DNA of 61,043 nucleotides, the filler included, from an uncultured Methanosarcinales archaeon (GTDB taxonomy: Archaea; Nanobdellota; Nanobdellia; Woesearchaeales; CAZPJY01), in the NCBI GenBank assembly GCA_964587045.1. It is 4 parts of 4 records of this genome, joined end to end, with 100 filler letters (N's around TTAATTAATTAA, not from the genome) between each part and the next. Parts side by side here need not be neighbours in the genome. Positions count along the whole stretch, not along the records: positions 1 to 21,354 come from CAZPJY010000031.1; positions 21,455 to 42,030 come from CAZPJY010000032.1; 2 more parts are not named here. The stretch is one strand, 5' to 3'. The notes under the pieces were generated by a model, which was not told the origin of the DNA, did not search any database, and worked only from the letters and a program-made list of their open reading frames with translations. The translations under genes were made by a program, and so were the position numbers. Below are positions 20,428 through 29,864 of the stretch, one piece after another (position 1 is the first letter of the stretch; the number at the start of each line of letters is the position of its first letter).

Positions 20428-20700
20428 GTCGTAGTTAAAGGTCCTCGCAAACGACTCCTTCTTGCTGACGATATCCCAGACCTCTGCGGAATAGCAGTGT
20501 GCGCATACGGTCATCTGGCGCCCGCACTTGATGCACCTGACATCAGTGCGCAAAATCTGGCCGAAGGCCTCTGTCGTCAGCTCAAGCTGTTTCGTTGCGT
20601 TCTCGTCGTCGCCTAACCAGTCCCTCATCTCCTGCTCGAGGCAGTGGAGGCATATTGGGTTGGTTATGGCGTCGTTGCAAATCGGGCATGTCGCCTCCAT
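20407..20700 (-). CDS. Zinc-finger protein with four CxxC pairs
   Basis: CPIC, CLHC, CIKC, CAHC; GAGGTGG SD before ATG 20700. Confidence 0.75.
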   Translation of the reverse strand: MEATCPICNDAITNPICLHCLEQEMRDWLGDDENATKQLELTTEAFGQILRTDVRCIKCGRQMTVCAHCYSAEVWDIVSKKESFARTFNYDLLPLQY

Positions 20701-21038
20701 TCCTACCACCTCTGGTATAGACTTGCAAACAGGTTCGGGCACGGCTCGTTTAGAAAGTGTGTCGCCACAAGCCATGCCCGAACCCGAAAGCAAAGTCGCG
20801 GGTTAGCATGACTTATGGTCGAAAGTCATCAGCCTAATGACGTAACACTTCCACGTCCACTTAGGGCAGGATGACATTTCAGGGTTGTTGTAACCGACTT
20901 AGTATTTAAACCTTTTGACACATTTGGCTTTTGGCGTGTGATTTCGTATGACGGAAATCCTGATTCCTGTTTCTTATTTCTACAAAAAAGGGAAACTCAA
21001 ACGATAGCTATTTATCAGCCGGACCAAACCCCAACCCC

Positions 21039-21233
21039 ATGAAGATACATCTCGAGAGAGGCAACGAGGACCGCGAGATCGAATTCTCCGGGACGGTTCA
21101 GGAGCTGCTTGACAAGCTCACCATAAATCCCCAGGAAGTCCTGGTCGCAAAGAACGGCACAGTCGTCCCGGAATCCGAAAATGTCAGCGGCAGGGACGAG
21201 ATAACCATCTACTCAGTGATATCAGGTGGGTAG
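21039..21233 (+). CDS. MoaD/ThiS ubiquitin-like sulfur carrier (SAMP/TtuB-like)
   Basis: 64-aa beta-grasp protein ending VISGG. Confidence 0.9.
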   Translation: MKIHLERGNEDREIEFSGTVQELLDKLTINPQEVLVAKNGTVVPESENVSGRDEITIYSVISGG

Positions 21234-21235
21234 CC

Positions 21236-21354
21236 TTGCGATGCTCACTCTGTACCGAAAACGCAGTCTACGGAGGGCTTTGCGGCAGGCATTTCATCCC
21301 AAGGACTGAAAGGACTGTCAAGGCCACCATCAAGAGGTTCTCCCTCATCAGGAA
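21236..21354 (+). CDS. ttuA: tRNA 2-thiolation protein TtuA/Ncs6, N-terminal fragment cut by contig end
   Basis: TTG start; MRCSLC..NAV....LCGRHF....ERTVKATIKRFSLI Zn finger directly after the sulfur carrier. Confidence 0.7.
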
Positions 21355-21454
21355 NNNNNNNNNNNNNNNNNNNNNNNNNNNNNNNNNNNNNNNNNNNNTT
21401 AATTAATTAANNNNNNNNNNNNNNNNNNNNNNNNNNNNNNNNNNNNNNNNNNNN
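21355..21454. other. Artificial contig linker
   Basis: N-run, TTAATTAATTAA, N-run. Confidence 0.98.
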
Positions 21455-21823
21455 CTCTACCTCCTCTTCCTCATGTACTCTGAACGCCCTGTCCACCTCA
21501 TGTTCCTCACCGGCTACATGATCCTAATCCTCAGCTATATCAGCCACGCGGACTACTTCATATTCCATCTCACCGCCCTTGTGCTGCTAGCGCTCATCCT
21601 CACCTACATCCTGGACTTTTACAGGAACTCCCGCAACGCCCCAACCAGGTACCTGGCTGTGGCTATAGGTGTCATGCTGTTAAGCCAGGTGCTCTTCCTG
21701 CTGCTAGGCACCCACGACCTCTTTTACATCCTGGCGGAGGCCATCCAGCTCATCGCCTTCATAATATTCCTCACTTCGTACATCAAGGTGCTCATTCATG
21801 GAAAAAAAACGGGAACGAAGTGA
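21455..21823 (+). CDS. Membrane protein, 5'-truncated
   Basis: Continuous hydrophobic ORF from the contig start. Confidence 0.65.
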   Translation, partial: LYLLFLMYSERPVHLMFLTGYMILILSYISHADYFIFHLTALVLLALILTYILDFYRNSRNAPTRYLAVAIGVMLLSQVLFLLLGTHDLFYILAEAIQLIAFIIFLTSYIKVLIHGKKTGTK

Positions 21824-22088
21824 TATAATTTATGACATACTCCGTGTGGTTCGCGATCACAGGGGTGAAATGAAGCCGACCCATGTCATGTACAAGGCAA
21901 ACCTAGCCTACAGGCAGCTCAAGACCTATCTCAAAGAGCTCGAAGAGGCGGGCATGGTGGAATACAGGACTGAGGGTAGAAATAAGAGGGTCGTGATAAC
22001 TAACAAGGGCCTGCGGTTCATTGAGAAGATGCAGGAGATGAAGGAATTCGAAAAGATGTTTGGTTTCAGGAGTGGTGACGATGACTGA
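21798..22088 (+). CDS. Archaeal winged-helix transcriptional regulator
   Basis: R.R.DIIYDIL, KPTHVMYKANL.Y, ITNKG..F. Confidence 0.88.
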   Translation: MEKKRERSDIIYDILRVVRDHRGEMKPTHVMYKANLAYRQLKTYLKELEEAGMVEYRTEGRNKRVVITNKGLRFIEKMQEMKEFEKMFGFRSGDDD

Positions 22089-22238
22089 ATTTGACCATAA
22101 ATCTGAGGAGAAGAAGACAGGCTATTTCTTCGTAGGGGTATTGGCAGTGATGGTTCTCATGGCGATTTTGCTGTGGGTAATCAAGCATTCCGTGTACATG
22201 TGAAAATATTAATATATCAATAAGTATGCCCAACCCGC

Positions 22239-22868
22239 ATGGATCCTGCCTATCTGCAGTCTGTCTTTTCAAATCTCCCGTACTTAGCGGTGTTTCTTGT
22301 GGTGTTTTTCTCTGGCATTCTCATCCCGCTGCCCGAGGAGATCGTCCTCCTGACTGTGGGTTACGTGTCCAGCGCCGGGAACATGAGCGTACTAGCAAGT
22401 ATAATAGTCGCCTACATCGCCATGACGGCAAGCGACAACATGATTTTCTGGCTCAGCCGTTCGGGCTCAAAGCTTACGAGGAGGTTGAGGAAGAACGTCG
22501 AAAAAAAGAGCTGGAATAGGTATGGCAGTTTCATGAAACGTCATTTTCGGGCGGCAATCTTTGCGTTACGGTTCATCATGGGACTTCGACTGCTATCGCC
22601 GCTGCTGGCTGGAAACCTGAAGGTGCGATGGGTTGAATTTCAGCTCTATGACGGCCTTGCCCTTGCTTTATACACGCCGCTGCTGATACTCTTAGGATAC
22701 CATTTCCACGCAAGTTTCTCAGTGATTATCACAGAATTCGAACTCCTCAAGCACGCTTTGTTTATTTTCGCTATATTCGCGCTGGCGATTCCAGTTGGTA
22801 TGCTTGTGCGAAAGCTTGTAGATATGTGGCTTTCTGGTAAAAGGCCTCTCAGCGCTCGAAATGCTTGA
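22239..22868 (+). CDS. DedA family membrane protein
   Basis: PLPEEIVLL..GY, D...FWL.R, RFI.GLR. Confidence 0.88.
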   Translation: MDPAYLQSVFSNLPYLAVFLVVFFSGILIPLPEEIVLLTVGYVSSAGNMSVLASIIVAYIAMTASDNMIFWLSRSGSKLTRRLRKNVEKKSWNRYGSFMKRHFRAAIFALRFIMGLRLLSPLLAGNLKVRWVEFQLYDGLALALYTPLLILLGYHFHASFSVIITEFELLKHALFIFAIFALAIPVGMLVRKLVDMWLSGKRPLSARNA

Positions 22869-23094
22869 TGCTCTTTATCAGGTGAAGCCTTCCCTTAACC
22901 TCTTCATAGACTTCCTCTATCTCCTTAGCGGTGAAGTCCACTATGCCTGATGAGTTGGCTCCTCGGAAGCAGACTGATATGGTCTCGTTATTTGGGTGCA
23001 GGAAATCCTCATTTATCAAAATCTCCTTCACCTGGCCTTGGGTTTCCAGCCGGACCATACCATCCTTGTTCGTTTTGCGTATCTTGAGTTGCAT
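22849..23094 (-). CDS. Hypothetical protein
   Basis: GGAGGG SD before ATG 23094; 81 aa. Confidence 0.65.
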   Translation of the reverse strand: MQLKIRKTNKDGMVRLETQGQVKEILINEDFLHPNNETISVCFRGANSSGIVDFTAKEIEEVYEEVKGRLHLIKSIKHFER

Positions 23095-23244
23095 TATAAT
23101 CCCTCCTACAGCTTCCAGAAAAACAGGTATATTTATGTCTTTGCCTAAGGTGTTAAAAAAAGGCGCCAATGTCGCCAGAGATAGAGTCTATGTTTCATAA
23201 AACTTATCAAAGGGATACATTAATCCCTACAAAAGGTGGGTAAT

Positions 23245-24231
23245 ATGGACAAGGAAATCGAACAGCTAAACAAGAAAGCAGAAACCTATTCTGATAAGCT
23301 CAGACAGGTGCATTCTGAGATAAGCAAAGTCATCGTCGGCCAGGACGAGATCGTCGAAAAGCTTCTGATAGCTCTGGTGTCAGACGGCCACGTGCTCGTC
23401 GAGGGCGTACCTGGGCTCGCGAAGACCCTTATGATAAAGACGCTCTCCGACTGCCTGGCATGCGACTTCGTTAGGCTGCAGTTCACGCCCGACCTGCTGC
23501 CCGCAGACATCACAGGCACCAAGATCTACGACCACAAGACAACGAATTTCAGGACCATCAAAGGTCCCGTGTTCACCAACTTCATCCTCGCAGACGAGAT
23601 CAACAGGGCGCCTCCTAAAGTACAGTCGGCCCTGCTCGAGGCCATGCAGGAAAGGCAGGTGAGCATCCAGGGCGACACCATCAAGCTACCCCAGCCATTC
23701 ATGGTTCTGGCCACCCAGAACCCGATAGAGAGCGAGGGCACCTACAAGCTGCCAGAAGCGCAGGTGGACAGGTTCATGTTCAAGCTTTTGATAACGCATC
23801 CGGACAAGGGCGACGAAATCGAGATAATTGAGCGCTTCACCGAAGGGAGGAAGATCCCGGTGTCCAGGATGCTTCCTTCCAAGCAGATACTGGAGATGCA
23901 AGCTTTCCTGCCCACAATCTATGCTGACAAGAAGATTAAGGAGTACGTGGCGGAACTGGTAGACGCCACAAGGCACCCTGATGAGTACGGCCTCGATCTC
24001 AACGGGACGATTGAGTACGGGGCGTCGCCGCGTGCGTCCCTCTGGCTGATTCTGGGCTCGAAGGCCCATGCTATGATGAACGGGAGGGGATATGTCAAAC
24101 CTGAAGATGTCAAGGCCGTAGCGTATGAGGTGCTGCGCCACAGGATACTGCTCACGTACGAGGCCGAGGCTGAGGAGACGACAAGCGAGGACGTGATAGG
24201 GATAATTCTTGACAAGGTGAAAGTCCCCTGA
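23245..24231 (+). CDS. moxR: MoxR family AAA+ ATPase
   Basis: GVPGLAKT, RLQFTPDLLPADI, LADEINRAPPKVQSALLEAMQE, DRF. Confidence 0.95.
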   Translation: MDKEIEQLNKKAETYSDKLRQVHSEISKVIVGQDEIVEKLLIALVSDGHVLVEGVPGLAKTLMIKTLSDCLACDFVRLQFTPDLLPADITGTKIYDHKTTNFRTIKGPVFTNFILADEINRAPPKVQSALLEAMQERQVSIQGDTIKLPQPFMVLATQNPIESEGTYKLPEAQVDRFMFKLLITHPDKGDEIEIIERFTEGRKIPVSRMLPSKQILEMQAFLPTIYADKKIKEYVAELVDATRHPDEYGLDLNGTIEYGASPRASLWLILGSKAHAMMNGRGYVKPEDVKAVAYEVLRHRILLTYEAEAEETTSEDVIGIILDKVKVP

Positions 24232-24233
24232 AA

Positions 24234-25115
24234 ATGAAGGAAACGAAAGATGTTATCAGGCAGGTCCGCAAGATCGAGATAGCCACCAAGCATCTGGTGG
24301 ACGGTCTCATCGCAGGCAACTACCATTCCATATTCAAGGGCCAGGGCATAGAGTTCCTCGAGATAAGGGACTACAGGCCTGGCGACGACATACGGGCCAT
24401 AGACTGGAAGGTCACGGCCCGTTACGACCACCCCTTCGTCAAGGAGTTCGTCGAGGAACGCGACCTCTGGGTCTACTTCGCATTCGACTGCTCCGCATCC
24501 GGCTCCTTTGGAAGCAACGTCGAGAAGAGGAGGAAGGCAGTCGAGCTCACCGCGACCCTTATGTTCTCCGCCTTGCGCAACAGCGACAACGTTGGGCTCT
24601 TCATGTTCACAGACGGAATTGAGAAGTATGTGCCGGCGCGAAAAGGCAGGAGACACGTGCTCAAGCTGATAAGCACGCTCGTCTCGCACAAGGCGCAATC
24701 GAAGAAGACAGACCTAAAGGCTTCGCTGAAGCGCATATCCAACGTCATTAAGAAGAGGAGCATAATCTTCATCATCTCGGATTTCTTCACACCCGACTTC
24801 CAGGAGCCCCTGGTGATCCTCAGGCGAAGGCACGATATCATCGCGATAAGTGTTGGCGACCCGCGCGAGTCAGAGCTCCCAGACGTCGGCTACATACAGC
24901 TAGAGGACGAGGAGACAGGCGAGCAGCTGCTAATCGACACGTCAGACCCCGAGTTCAGGAAGAGGTACACGCAAATCGCATCCAAGGAACATAGGAAGCT
25001 CAAGAAAGCCTTCAGGAAATCCAGAATCGACACTATAGACATACAAACAGACCAGGACTACGAGGCACCTCTGAGGAAGTTCTTTAGGATGCGGAAGAGG
25101 AGAGTGATGTCCTGA
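24234..25115 (+). CDS. DUF58 protein
   Basis: G.EF.EIRDY.PGDDIR.IDWKVTAR, EERD, ISDF. Confidence 0.92.
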   Translation: MKETKDVIRQVRKIEIATKHLVDGLIAGNYHSIFKGQGIEFLEIRDYRPGDDIRAIDWKVTARYDHPFVKEFVEERDLWVYFAFDCSASGSFGSNVEKRRKAVELTATLMFSALRNSDNVGLFMFTDGIEKYVPARKGRRHVLKLISTLVSHKAQSKKTDLKASLKRISNVIKKRSIIFIISDFFTPDFQEPLVILRRRHDIIAISVGDPRESELPDVGYIQLEDEETGEQLLIDTSDPEFRKRYTQIASKEHRKLKKAFRKSRIDTIDIQTDQDYEAPLRKFFRMRKRRVMS

Positions 25116-26065
25116 TGGCAGGCTTCGACGACCCATGGGTGCTAGCATTCCTCCTGACTCTGCCACTGCTTTTCCTAGCTTATATCCAAATTGTCAAAAA
25201 GAAGAAGAAGCAGGCCATCAAGTTCAGCCACCTCGCATTCGTCAAGTCAGCCCTGGGCGACTCAAAGAAGGCCAGGAGGACCAACTACCTGTTCTACCTA
25301 TCCCTCTTAGCATTAGCGCTCATGATAATAGGCCTGGCCAACCCGCACATCCCGCTTGAGCAGGAGAAGGAGGGCGTAAACGTGGTGCTCGTCATGGACA
25401 TATCTGGCAGCATGCAGGCCACAGACTACAAGCCGACACGCCTCGAGGCGGCAAAGCGCGCTGCCGAAATCCTGCTGGAGTCTCTCAAGCCAAAAGACCA
25501 CGCGGGCATCGTCACCTTCGAGTCCGGGGCGACTACCGCAGCTTACCTGAGTCCCTACAAGGACAAGGTAATCGAGAAGCTGAGGAACATCGCACCCAAA
25601 GAAGGCAAGACCGCTATCGGCGACGGCCTATCGCTGGGCATTGACATGGCCACCTCCATCCCAAACAAGAAGAAGGTGGTGATCCTGCTATCTGACGGGG
25701 TGAACAACGCAGGAGTGATAAGCCCTGCCGAAGCAGTAAATTTCGCCAAGGCCAACAACATTCAGGTATACACTGTAGGAATGGGATCAGAGGGCCAGGT
25801 CGTGCTGGGTTACGACTGGTTCGGAAGGCCGCAGTATGCAGAGCTCGACGAGGCCACCCTGCAGGCGATTGCGCAGGATACGGGCGGCAAGTACTACAAG
25901 TCGGTAGACGCCGGAACGCTCGACGAGATCTACGAGAACATCAGCCAGGAGATCGAGAGGGAGAAGGAGGAGACCAACATCAAGGACTGGTTCTTCATCG
26001 CCGCGATCGCGGTCCTCATTGTCTACCTGTACATGCGTTACGGCGGCAGGAGGGTGATACAATGA
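25115..26065 (+). CDS. BatA-like vWA domain membrane protein
   Basis: N-terminal TM pair, MIDAS DISGSM, TAIGDGL, LLSDG.NN.G, C-terminal TM. Confidence 0.92.
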   Translation: MAGFDDPWVLAFLLTLPLLFLAYIQIVKKKKKQAIKFSHLAFVKSALGDSKKARRTNYLFYLSLLALALMIIGLANPHIPLEQEKEGVNVVLVMDISGSMQATDYKPTRLEAAKRAAEILLESLKPKDHAGIVTFESGATTAAYLSPYKDKVIEKLRNIAPKEGKTAIGDGLSLGIDMATSIPNKKKVVILLSDGVNNAGVISPAEAVNFAKANNIQVYTVGMGSEGQVVLGYDWFGRPQYAELDEATLQAIAQDTGGKYYKSVDAGTLDEIYENISQEIEREKEETNIKDWFFIAAIAVLIVYLYMRYGGRRVIQ

Positions 26066-27510
26066 GGTGGCAGCTTATACTTGTTGTATTGCTGGTCTTG
26101 ATCCCCTCTGTTGCTGCTGAGAACATAACCTTCTCCTTCGACCAGTCCGACTACTACTTCCCGCTGGGCCAAGACGCGGTGGTGGAGATGAGCACCAACA
26201 ACACCTACGGCGAGGCAGTAAGCGGTATGCTCAGCTACACGATCGCACAGACCATCCAGCAGGGCAACTTCCAGTACTCAAGCACCAGCATGAAGTCAAC
26301 CACGTTTAATGTGGACGACGGCGAGGCCAAGGTACCCTTCGGATTCGGGACGTCAGACACGCCCGCGATTCTCGACGTGAGCTTCCAGTTCTCCTACACG
26401 AAGGACACTCCCCAGGAGGTGTCCGTCAGCGGCATCCGCATCCACTTCATCCAGAACGGCACCCAGCAGCAGGGCCAGCAGAGCCAGGTCTCGAGCTCCT
26501 CCCAGGCGGCACAGCAGCAGAGCACTCCACAGCAGAGTCCGCAGCAGCCGAGCACCTCGCAGAAGCTGCAGAACAGCCAGATGGTCCAGGACAGCTCTGC
26601 GCTGAAGCAGGAGATGCAGCAGCAGCTCGAGGAGCAGCAGAGCATGCGCGACGAGTTCCAAAAGCAGCTCGCACAGGATCCAGCGTTCCAGCAGGCGCAC
26701 CAGGAGCTGCTCTCTCAAGGCTACAACCTTACAGGCGGAGAAATCCAGCCCACCGCTAACGACACGGGTGACTTCAGCCTCGACTACCAGAATCCCAACG
26801 GCGATCAGGCATCCCTTGAGGGCAGGATGGAGGACGGCGAGGTCAAGGACCTTCAGGAGACCTCGAATATGAACGAGCAGGAAGCTTTGGACAGCCTCAG
26901 AAGCGACGAGCGCTTCCAACAGTATGACCAGCAGCTGCAGGACCAGGGCTTCCAGCCCAGCGGGACTGACATCTCCCAGAGGGGCGACGAGCTGGATGTC
27001 CAGGTCCAGTACCAAAACGCAAAGAACGATACCGCGCTGATCAAGGCCGGCATCTACAACCAGACAGTCGAGAGTGTAGAGCTCGAGAAGGAAACGAACC
27101 GTTCATGGTGGTGGCTTATCCCCCTAGCATTTGCCGGGTTGGCTGCGGTGCTGCTGCTCGCGAGGAAGAAGGGAGAGGACGCTCCAAAAGCAGAGGAAGT
27201 GCCTTTCGACCACAGGAAAGCCGCGCTTGTAATGCTCGGTGATGCTGAGGCGTGTTTCGGGAAGAAGGAGTTCAAGGACGCCTACGGCAAGGCGGCGCAG
27301 GCCATCAGACTGTACCTAGGATACGAGAACGGCCTGGAAAAGGAGCTCACGAACGACGAAATCGTCTCTTTCCTGAGGGGACGGAAGCTGCCCTACAAGG
27401 AGGTGAAGAAGTGCTTCGACCTCTGCTCGCTGGTCGAGTTTGCCAAGTACGAGGCCAACAGGAGGGACTTCGGCGAGATCATTGGGATCGCGCGCGGCAT
27501 CGTGGGGTAA
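26062..27510 (+). CDS. Secreted, membrane-anchored protein with Gln-rich linker (Bat operon-associated)
   Basis: Signal peptide, Q/S-rich tract, TM segment WWWLIPL, helical C-terminus with VEFAKY. Confidence 0.75.
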   Translation: MRWQLILVVLLVLIPSVAAENITFSFDQSDYYFPLGQDAVVEMSTNNTYGEAVSGMLSYTIAQTIQQGNFQYSSTSMKSTTFNVDDGEAKVPFGFGTSDTPAILDVSFQFSYTKDTPQEVSVSGIRIHFIQNGTQQQGQQSQVSSSSQAAQQQSTPQQSPQQPSTSQKLQNSQMVQDSSALKQEMQQQLEEQQSMRDEFQKQLAQDPAFQQAHQELLSQGYNLTGGEIQPTANDTGDFSLDYQNPNGDQASLEGRMEDGEVKDLQETSNMNEQEALDSLRSDERFQQYDQQLQDQGFQPSGTDISQRGDELDVQVQYQNAKNDTALIKAGIYNQTVESVELEKETNRSWWWLIPLAFAGLAAVLLLARKKGEDAPKAEEVPFDHRKAALVMLGDAEACFGKKEFKDAYGKAAQAIRLYLGYENGLEKELTNDEIVSFLRGRKLPYKEVKKCFDLCSLVEFAKYEANRRDFGEIIGIARGIVG

Positions 27511-27534
27511 TCCCGCTCGACCATTTAAAGGTTT

Positions 27535-28392
27535 TCACCCTACCCCGATCAGCTTGGGCGCCGCGAGCAGGATTATTCCGAGCAGGATCATGATCAGGCC
27601 GCCTATGAACTTGATCCACGCCATCGCATCCTTGCTTATCTGCTTGCTCTTAAGCGTCAGGCCGATGACGCCGATTATCACGATTAGGGGCAGCACGTAC
27701 ACCAGGTTGTACAGGAGCAGGTACAGGTAGTACGATGCGCTGCTTGCCAGGTACTTGCCGGTGAGGATGCCCGTGTAGATTATGGGAAAGCCTGCGGTGC
27801 AGGGGAGCTCGACGAGGGAGGAGAAGATCGCAAGGCTTACCGACGCGACTATTAAGGCAGGCATCGAGCCTTTCACTATCACGTTCTTCATGTTTTCTAT
27901 CTTCTTGACTAAAGGCCCCTTTTGCTTCTCCTGTATCATGAGGGTTATCCCTTTCCGGAAGAAGAAAAGCTCCTTTACGTTGATCAGTCCGGCGACGAGC
28001 GCAAGCACTGCTATCGCGATTCGCAGCGGGTCTATGAAACCTATGTACTTGAATACGTTGAGCCACAGGGTCATGAACAGGAAGTAAAAGACGTACACCA
28101 CAGCGACGAAGGCGTAGCCTATGGTGTATATGCGCGCTTTCGAATGCGAAGCCGATATGAGCAGGGTAAGCAGAAGCGTCAGTATGAAGAGGTTGCACGG
28201 ATTGAAACCGTCGATGAGAGCGATGATGAATGTGAACAACGGCAGGGGCATGCTTGCTGCTGCGCTCTCCACAAAAGCCTTCAGCGATTCTGCCGGCACG
28301 GCCTTCACCAGCAGGAACAGAATGATGATGACCACTATCAAGATTCCCCCTATCAAGAGCTGCTTCCTGCTTTGTTCCATCTCATCCCTCAA
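27535..28392 (-). CDS. CcdA/DsbD-like membrane redox protein
   Basis: DGFNPC and VELPCTAG membrane cysteines; multiple TM segments. Confidence 0.8.
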   Translation of the reverse strand: MRDEMEQSRKQLLIGGILIVVIIILFLLVKAVPAESLKAFVESAAASMPLPLFTFIIALIDGFNPCNLFILTLLLTLLISASHSKARIYTIGYAFVAVVYVFYFLFMTLWLNVFKYIGFIDPLRIAIAVLALVAGLINVKELFFFRKGITLMIQEKQKGPLVKKIENMKNVIVKGSMPALIVASVSLAIFSSLVELPCTAGFPIIYTGILTGKYLASSASYYLYLLLYNLVYVLPLIVIIGVIGLTLKSKQISKDAMAWIKFIGGLIMILLGIILLAAPKLIGVG

Positions 28393-28789
28393 AACGGTCG
28401 AATATCTGTTCGAATTCCTCCTTGGACCTGTGGCCTATGTAAACTTCGCAGTCGACGATTACCGTAGGAGTGTAGGTGTTCATGATCCCGTACTGCTCCA
28501 GCTGTTGCCGCGCTTTTGGCTCGGCGAGGTCGAGGAATATGAAATCAAGACCTCTCTCAGCCTCGATTCCCTCGAGAATGGGAACGGTCATGCGGCAAGC
28601 CCCGCAGTACTTGGACTCAAGCACCAAGACCTTCCCATCAAGGCCTCTCATCGAGCAGTTAGCCTGGGAAATGGTGCCCTCAGCATCGATTCTTAGCACC
28701 GGGATGTCCTGAGGCTGATTTTCATTTGCGCAACCCCACGCCAGGAGTATTACCAACACTAAAAGCGGCCAAACTCTTTCCATCTTCAA
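28382..28789 (-). CDS. Thioredoxin/glutaredoxin-like lipoprotein
   Basis: Signal/lipobox LAWGC, CGAC, cis-Pro motif TPT. Confidence 0.8.
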   Translation of the reverse strand: MKMERVWPLLVLVILLAWGCANENQPQDIPVLRIDAEGTISQANCSMRGLDGKVLVLESKYCGACRMTVPILEGIEAERGLDFIFLDLAEPKARQQLEQYGIMNTYTPTVIVDCEVYIGHRSKEEFEQIFDRFEG

Positions 28790-29137
28790 TCAGTGTAGTC
28801 TATCAGTCCGGTTTTTAATCTTATCGCTGATGTAGCTGTTCACGGCGTCAGAGACCAGGGTCTCTTCGCTCACGATCGGCCTTATTTTGTGGGAGGCCAG
28901 ATCGAAATAGATCCTCTTGCCCATGCCGTGGCTGATCAGGGCGTCGCAGTCCTTGAGGCTCTCGATCATCACGTCGTGGTCGCATGAGCCGCAGGTCCCA
29001 TTGTGCCTTCCGTTGTTGGCCCTGCGCTCCTCGCTCACTACTACGTTGTCAACTATTTCGAAGACTGAGAATCCTTTAGCCCTCCCGAAATGGGAGCTGA
29101 TGTTCACCCCATCATCAGATGCGACGGCTAGCTTCAC
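28790..29137 (-). CDS. NifB/NifX family (FeMo-cofactor-binding fold) protein
   Basis: GTG start overlaps the upstream stop; SSHFGRA..F, CD.LI..GMG. Confidence 0.85.
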   Translation of the reverse strand: MKLAVASDDGVNISSHFGRAKGFSVFEIVDNVVVSEERRANNGRHNGTCGSCDHDVMIESLKDCDALISHGMGKRIYFDLASHKIRPIVSEETLVSDAVNSYISDKIKNRTDRLH

Positions 29138-29565
29138 CTTCCCACCTTTGTCGGATCGGTACGCTCGAAACTGCGCGAGTTGCATTTGGGGCACTTCTGG
29201 GGTCTTCCGGTCCCGAAGGGCTCTTCCCACTCGTGCCCGCAGTCGCCGCACGTGAATCTGCGATTTTGGGATTGGGCCACCTTGAAGTTGCCTCCTTCGA
29301 TGCGCAAGGCCTTGCCGTTGGAAAGAGCGTCAGCGATCTTTTTCCTTGCCGAGGCCAGCAGCCTGTGGGTCGTTGGCTGGGATATCCCCATTTTCTGAGC
29401 AGTCGTTTCCTGGTCCAGGCTTTCAAAGTCCTTGAGCCTGACAGCCTCCAGCTCATCGACTCCCAAATTTACCTCTTCTAGGTCTGCGACACGCACCCCT
29501 GCTGGCTTGAAGTAGACAATCTCAGGCTGGAAATGAACCCGCCTGCACCTCCTGGGCCTGGGCAT
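29134..29565 (-). CDS. DUF134 DNA-binding protein with C-terminal zinc ribbon
   Basis: MPRPRRCRRV, FKPAG, ELEAVRLKD, AQKMGISQPT..R.L.SARKKIA, IEGG, CGDC..CPKC. Confidence 0.92.
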   Translation of the reverse strand: MPRPRRCRRVHFQPEIVYFKPAGVRVADLEEVNLGVDELEAVRLKDFESLDQETTAQKMGISQPTTHRLLASARKKIADALSNGKALRIEGGNFKVAQSQNRRFTCGDCGHEWEEPFGTGRPQKCPKCNSRSFERTDPTKVGR

Positions 29566-29807
29566 CAGCGCCTACCTCTCCTTCGGTAGCCCCTGTCGTA
29601 GTTGCCTCGGCCGCCGCCTCTGGGCGTGCCGTCGCCGCAGGGGCCAAGTCCTTTTCCGACCTCTTTTTCAAGGCCTCCTTCAGGTGACTTGATTATTCTC
29701 CTGCGACCTACCGGCCTCCTCCCATACCCGCCTGAAGGAATATTCCCTCCTTCGCGTCCGGTGTATGGGCCTTCCCCTTCCGGACCTGTTCTGTCTCCTT
29801 GTGGCAT
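29565..29807 (-). CDS. DUF5320-like Gly/Arg-rich small protein
   Basis: MPQGDRTGPEGEGP.TGR..G; GGAGGTG SD. Confidence 0.75.
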   Translation of the reverse strand: MPQGDRTGPEGEGPYTGREGGNIPSGGYGRRPVGRRRIIKSPEGGLEKEVGKGLGPCGDGTPRGGGRGNYDRGYRRRGRR

Positions 29808-29828
29808 ATTTACACCTCCTGAATTTTC

Positions 29829-29840
29829 GAATATATATTC
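29829..29840. promoter_or_regulatory. Palindromic operator copy (GAATATATATTC)
   Basis: Same core as the 32911-32930 palindrome, just upstream of the 29807 start. Confidence 0.6.
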
Positions 29841-29864
29841 ATATTTATATTTTATGAAATTTCT

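Noticed and set aside
21355..21454. TTAATTAATTAA within N runs (three copies) as a biological repeat
   Set aside because: It is an identical 100-nt artificial joiner with stops in all six frames.
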